Positions 29,073-32,000 of a stretch of DNA of 32,000 nucleotides are shown here, one piece after another (positions within the stretch are counted from its first letter, which is position 1; the number at the start of each line of letters is the position of its first letter). Both the position numbers and the translations under genes were made by a program. Origin of the DNA: Faecalibaculum rodentium (lineage in GTDB: Bacteria > Bacillota_I > Bacilli_A > Erysipelotrichales > Erysipelotrichaceae). The stretch is taken from assembly GCF_001564455.1 (NCBI RefSeq), contig NZ_CP011391.1:780001-812000 (forward strand), read 5' to 3'. The notes under the pieces were generated by a model. That model did no database searches. It was not told the DNA's origin and saw only the letters and a program-made list of their open reading frames with translations.

Positions 29073-29181
29073 GTCCCTCATTATAACAAATCCGGCAGGC
29101 ATCACAGCAAATCAGCGGGGGATCCGCCGCAGGACAGTGAGAATCCGGCAGCAGTCAGTTAGCCATGGTATACTTTCAGCG

Positions 29182-29412
29182 GTGATAGATTTGACTTTGA
29201 CGAACATTGAGCCGGGAGAAAGCGCCCGGGTACTTGCCATTGACCTGGATTCTGCCAGACAGCACAGACTCCGGGCACTGGGGATGATCCCCGGTACACA
29301 GGTCACGGTTCTGCAGAAAAAACGGTCCGGGACATTGGTGATCAACCTGCGGGGAACCCGGTTTGCCCTGGGTTCAGCCATGGCCGACCAGATTGGAGTG
29401 GAATATGTCTGA
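29182..29412 (+). CDS. feoA: Ferrous iron transport protein A (start codon uncertain)
   Basis: ..LTNIEPGESARVLAI......RLRALGMIPGTQVTVLQK....LVINLRGTRFALGSAMADQI.VE is a FeoA SH3-like domain. GTG 29182 is the first in-frame start after the -10 box, and no obvious RBS is present. Confidence 0.75.
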   Translation: MIDLTLTNIEPGESARVLAIDLDSARQHRLRALGMIPGTQVTVLQKKRSGTLVINLRGTRFALGSAMADQIGVEYV

Positions 29413-31486
29413 GGACAGAAAGCGCAGCGAATCCTGGATGAAGCCGCATTCTCCGGGAAACAGCAAACCTGATGCATCTTCCAGGGAGCTGACGATTGCT
29501 TTCATCGGCAATCCGAACTGCGGGAAAACCACACTGTTCAATGCCTATACAGGTGCAAACCTGAAAGTGGCAAACTGGCCGGGGGTGACAGTGGAGAGGG
29601 TGGAGGGAGCCATCGAAAGCCACGGTCGGAAAATCCGTCTGGTGGATCTGCCCGGGACCTACTCTTTGTCTTCCTTCACCATGGAAGAACAGGTTTCAAG
29701 GCAGTTCATTCTTTCGGACCAGGTGGATGTGGTCGTTGATGTGGCCGATGCCTCCAGCCTGGAACGGTCCCTGTATCTCACCCTGCAGCTCATAGAACTC
29801 GGCAAACCTGCGGTCCTGGCATTGAACATGATGGATATCGTGGAGAAACGGGGCATCGACCTGGATCTGCATCGTCTTCAGGAGCTCCTGGGCATTCCGG
29901 TGGTACCGGTCGTGGCCCGGAAAAAGAAGGGCCTTCGGACTCTGCTGCACGCAGCTTTGCATCAGTACGAAGATGCAGATGCCTCCAACCACCGGCCAAG
30001 GGCGGTGGACCGGGAAGCGGAGCTGGAGTTTGTGACGGAATATGCACCGGATATCGAGGACTGCATCCATGATCTGGAGCAAAGGCTGCCAGCTGGTACA
30101 GACAATCCCCGGTTTGCGGCTCTGGCGCTTCTGGAGCACGATCCGGAAATCATGGTCAGATATCCGGATCTGGCCAAAGGAACCCCGGATTTCGGTGACC
30201 GCATCATCAACGGGAAATACGATACAATTGAAAAAATCATGCCGGAGGTGCTGCTGGGGAAGGAAGCAAGCGATTCTTTCACCGACAAAGTGGATGATGT
30301 GGTGCTTCGGCCGTTCTGGGGTGTTCTGATTTTCCTGGCGGTCATGGGGCTCGTGTTCGCACTCACGTTCAATGTGGGGGACTGGCTTTCCGGGTGGCTG
30401 GAAACGCTGATTGACTGGTTCACGCAGGGAGTCGGCACGCTGCTCGAAACCATGCACGCATCCCCCTGGGTCATCAACCTGGTATGCGATGGCATCATCT
30501 CCGGAGTTGGAGGCATTCTGACGTTCCTGCCCAATGTAACGATCCTCTTCATCGCTCTTGCGTTTCTGGAGGATTCCGGGTATATGAGCCGGGTGGCGTA
30601 TGTGATGAACGACATTATGGAACACCTGGGTCTGTCCGGCCGGGCGTTCATCCCCATGGTCCTGGGGTTTGGCTGCACGGTTCCGGCCATCATGGCCAGC
30701 CGCACACTGGAGTCCTGGAAAGACAGGTTCCGGGTGATGCTGGTAACGCCCTTCATGAGCTGTTCTGCAAAACTGCCGATCTACATCCTGTTTTCCGGTA
30801 TGTTTTTTGGTCAGTATGCGATGTGGGCGGCGTATTCCATGTACCTGATCGGGATTCTGGTGGCGCTGGCAGTGACCTGGCTGCTGCACATTACAGACAG
30901 ATCGGCCCAGGTCCAGCCGCTCCTGATTGAACTGCCGGCCTACAAACGGCCTTCCGCGTATACGATCTATGTCTACGTTTGGGACAAGGTGAAGGATTTC
31001 CTGGAAAAAGCGGGAACCACTATTTTTGTGGCAAGCATCCTTCTGTGGTTCCTGATGCATCTGGGACCCTCTGGTCTGACAGATGACGTAAGTGTATCCT
31101 TTGCGGCGACACTGGGCCGGGGTCTGGCATGGATCCTGATTCCCTGCGGTCTGGGGTTCTGGCAGATTGCCGTGGCCCTGCTTGCGGGGATCAGTGCCAA
31201 GGAAGTTGTTGTATCCAGCACTGCGGTGCTGTTCGGCATTGCGAATGTCAACAGCTTCGGTGGCATGCAGCAGCTTCACCAGGAACTCCTGGGTATCGGC
31301 TTTGGCCCGCTGAATGCCTGGTGCATGATGCTGTTCTGTCTTCTCTATGTGCCCTGTCTGGCTTCGCTGGCGACGATTCGCCGGGAAGGCGGAGTGCGGA
31401 CCATGGTCACAGGCGCAGCCTTTCAGCTTGGTGTGGCGTGGCTGCTGACATTCGTCACCTGGCAGATCGGATCCCTGCTGTTCTGA
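29405..31486 (+). CDS. feoB: Ferrous iron transporter FeoB (G-domain plus permease)
   Basis: Contains IAFIGNPNCGKTTLFN, DLPGTYSL, LNMMD and a polytopic C-terminal gate domain. The ATG after GGAGTGG overlaps the feoA stop. It has about a 30-aa N-terminal extension before the G1 motif. Confidence 0.92.
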   Translation: MSEDRKRSESWMKPHSPGNSKPDASSRELTIAFIGNPNCGKTTLFNAYTGANLKVANWPGVTVERVEGAIESHGRKIRLVDLPGTYSLSSFTMEEQVSRQFILSDQVDVVVDVADASSLERSLYLTLQLIELGKPAVLALNMMDIVEKRGIDLDLHRLQELLGIPVVPVVARKKKGLRTLLHAALHQYEDADASNHRPRAVDREAELEFVTEYAPDIEDCIHDLEQRLPAGTDNPRFAALALLEHDPEIMVRYPDLAKGTPDFGDRIINGKYDTIEKIMPEVLLGKEASDSFTDKVDDVVLRPFWGVLIFLAVMGLVFALTFNVGDWLSGWLETLIDWFTQGVGTLLETMHASPWVINLVCDGIISGVGGILTFLPNVTILFIALAFLEDSGYMSRVAYVMNDIMEHLGLSGRAFIPMVLGFGCTVPAIMASRTLESWKDRFRVMLVTPFMSCSAKLPIYILFSGMFFGQYAMWAAYSMYLIGILVALAVTWLLHITDRSAQVQPLLIELPAYKRPSAYTIYVYVWDKVKDFLEKAGTTIFVASILLWFLMHLGPSGLTDDVSVSFAATLGRGLAWILIPCGLGFWQIAVALLAGISAKEVVVSSTAVLFGIANVNSFGGMQQLHQELLGIGFGPLNAWCMMLFCLLYVPCLASLATIRREGGVRTMVTGAAFQLGVAWLLTFVTWQIGSLLF

Positions 31487-31536
31487 CGGGCTTCGGCTGC
31501 TGAAACAGGACAGCCGGGTGATTTTCAAACTGACAG

Positions 31537-31568
31537 GACCTCCGGATTCAGCCCCGGAGGTCTTTTTT
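31537..31568 (+). terminator. Rho-independent terminator after feoB
   Basis: GACCTCCGG (loop ATTCAGCC) CCGGAGGTC is followed by TTTTTT. Confidence 0.88.
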
Positions 31569-31733
31569 CGGGCGTGTAAACATACACCTTTGGTCTGTCC
31601 TGGAGAAAGAGGAAGGTACCTGCACATCCAGACAATGAAGGGGCGACCGAGTCCAGGTGATTTCCATCCACTGCGGGCCGGGTGAAGGGAAACGAACAAA
31701 GAGGACAAAGCAGACAAAATCCGATTTTTTCAG

Positions 31734-31762
31734 TTGAATGACCTATCAACTGTTGCTACAAT
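31734..31762 (+). promoter_or_regulatory. Sigma-70 promoter of the P-type ATPase gene
   Basis: TTGAAT (31734-31739), an exact 17-nt spacer and TACAAT (31757-31762), about 40 nt before the RBS AAGGAGG. Confidence 0.65.
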
Positions 31763-31772
31763 ACAGATAACA

Positions 31773-31790
31773 ATTGAATGAGTGTTCAAT
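31773..31790. promoter_or_regulatory. Candidate ArsR/SmtB-type operator (inverted repeat ATTGAA-N6-TTCAAT)
   Basis: The palindrome lies between the -10 box and the RBS. Its core TGAA-N6-TTCA matches the core of the 12-2-12 SmtB/CzrA operator consensus (TGAACAxxTATTCA). Confidence 0.45.
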
Positions 31791-31804
31791 CAAGGAGGCA
31801 CACA

Positions 31805-32000
31805 ATGAAAAAGACGTACAAAATGGAAGTGGACTGCGCCAACTGCGCAGCGAAGATGGAAGATGCCATCCGGAAAATTGAAGGGGTCCATGATGCCCGT
31901 GTCAACTTCATGACACAGAAGCTGGTTCTGGACTGCGACGAAGACAGGCTGGATGCAATATTGAAGGAAGCAAAGAAGGCCTGCCGTCGTGTCGACAGCG
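31805..32000 (+). CDS. Heavy-metal-translocating P-type ATPase (Cd/Zn/Co type), N-terminal HMA domain only. Continues beyond the window.
   Basis: My own translation gives MKKTYKMEVDCANCAAKMEDAIRKIEGVHDARVNFMTQKLVLDCDEDRLDAILKEAKKACRRVDS.. . The DCANCA metal-binding motif is typical of CadA/ZntA-like pumps. A strong RBS AAGGAGG lies 6 nt upstream. It is absent from the ORF track because no stop falls within the window. Confidence 0.8.
   Translation, partial: MKKTYKMEVDCANCAAKMEDAIRKIEGVHDARVNFMTQKLVLDCDEDRLDAILKEAKKACRRVDS

Noticed and set aside
29073-29181. Fur box or SmtB-type 12-2-12 operator in the arsR-feoA divergent region
   Set aside because: I found no AT-rich GATAATGATAATCATTATC-like palindrome and no TGAA-N6-TTCA core there. 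Only the AATCCGGCAG direct repeats are present, and those are reported as a finding.
29696-31717. 673-aa ORF antisense to feoB, the longest non-annotated ORF in the window
   Set aside because: It is exactly antisense to a gene with clear FeoB motifs. Its translation is rich in R/H/P/Q/G with no recognisable domain, and it runs through the feoB terminator. It is the expected shadow frame of a GC-rich gene with codon bias.

Overview
The window comes from a moderately GC-rich Bacillota genome. The 16S signature and the short Mollicutes-like 5S suggest an Erysipelotrichia-like lineage, but that is inference only.

Layout:
- 1-4848: a 16S-23S-5S rRNA operon with no spacer tRNA and a clear terminator.
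- 4.9-12.6 kb: an insertion-sequence pile-up.
  - An ISL3-family element has its transposase gene split by an apparently intact IS3-family element. The IS3 has TG..CA ends, a 3-bp GGC target duplication and an A7 -1 frameshift site.
  - A Cys4 zinc-ribbon ORF abuts the ISL3.
  - A 1.1-kb internally deleted IS66 derivative keeps its GTAAGCG inverted repeats and a 7/8 8-bp duplication. Its tnpA carries an in-frame TGA, tnpB is intact and tnpC is nearly gone.
  - A lone ROK-family kinase gene follows, then a full-length IS110-family element.
- 13-32 kb: core chromosome.
  - A DUF2804 gene is coupled to an atypical LytTR regulator.
  - A lysine-riboswitch-controlled lysA-dapF-dapA-dapB-dapH operon lies on the minus strand, divergent from an M20 amidohydrolase that is probably the N-acetyl-DAP deacetylase.
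  - Downstream come a HAD phosphatase and cdaA-cdaR-glmM, followed directly by an OmpR-type two-component system and a Gfo/Idh/MocA oxidoreductase.
  - An arsR(SmtB-like)-yaaA pair is divergent from feoAB.
  - The window ends in the 5' end of a heavy-metal P-type ATPase.

I do not see a convincing new multi-gene system such as a defence island. The best leads are:
- the IS110 non-coding flanks, as a candidate bridge RNA;
- the nested and decayed IS structures;
- the DUF2804-LytTR pair;
- repeat and operator motifs in the metal-homeostasis promoters.

The many long antisense ORFs in the track look like GC and codon-bias artefacts.
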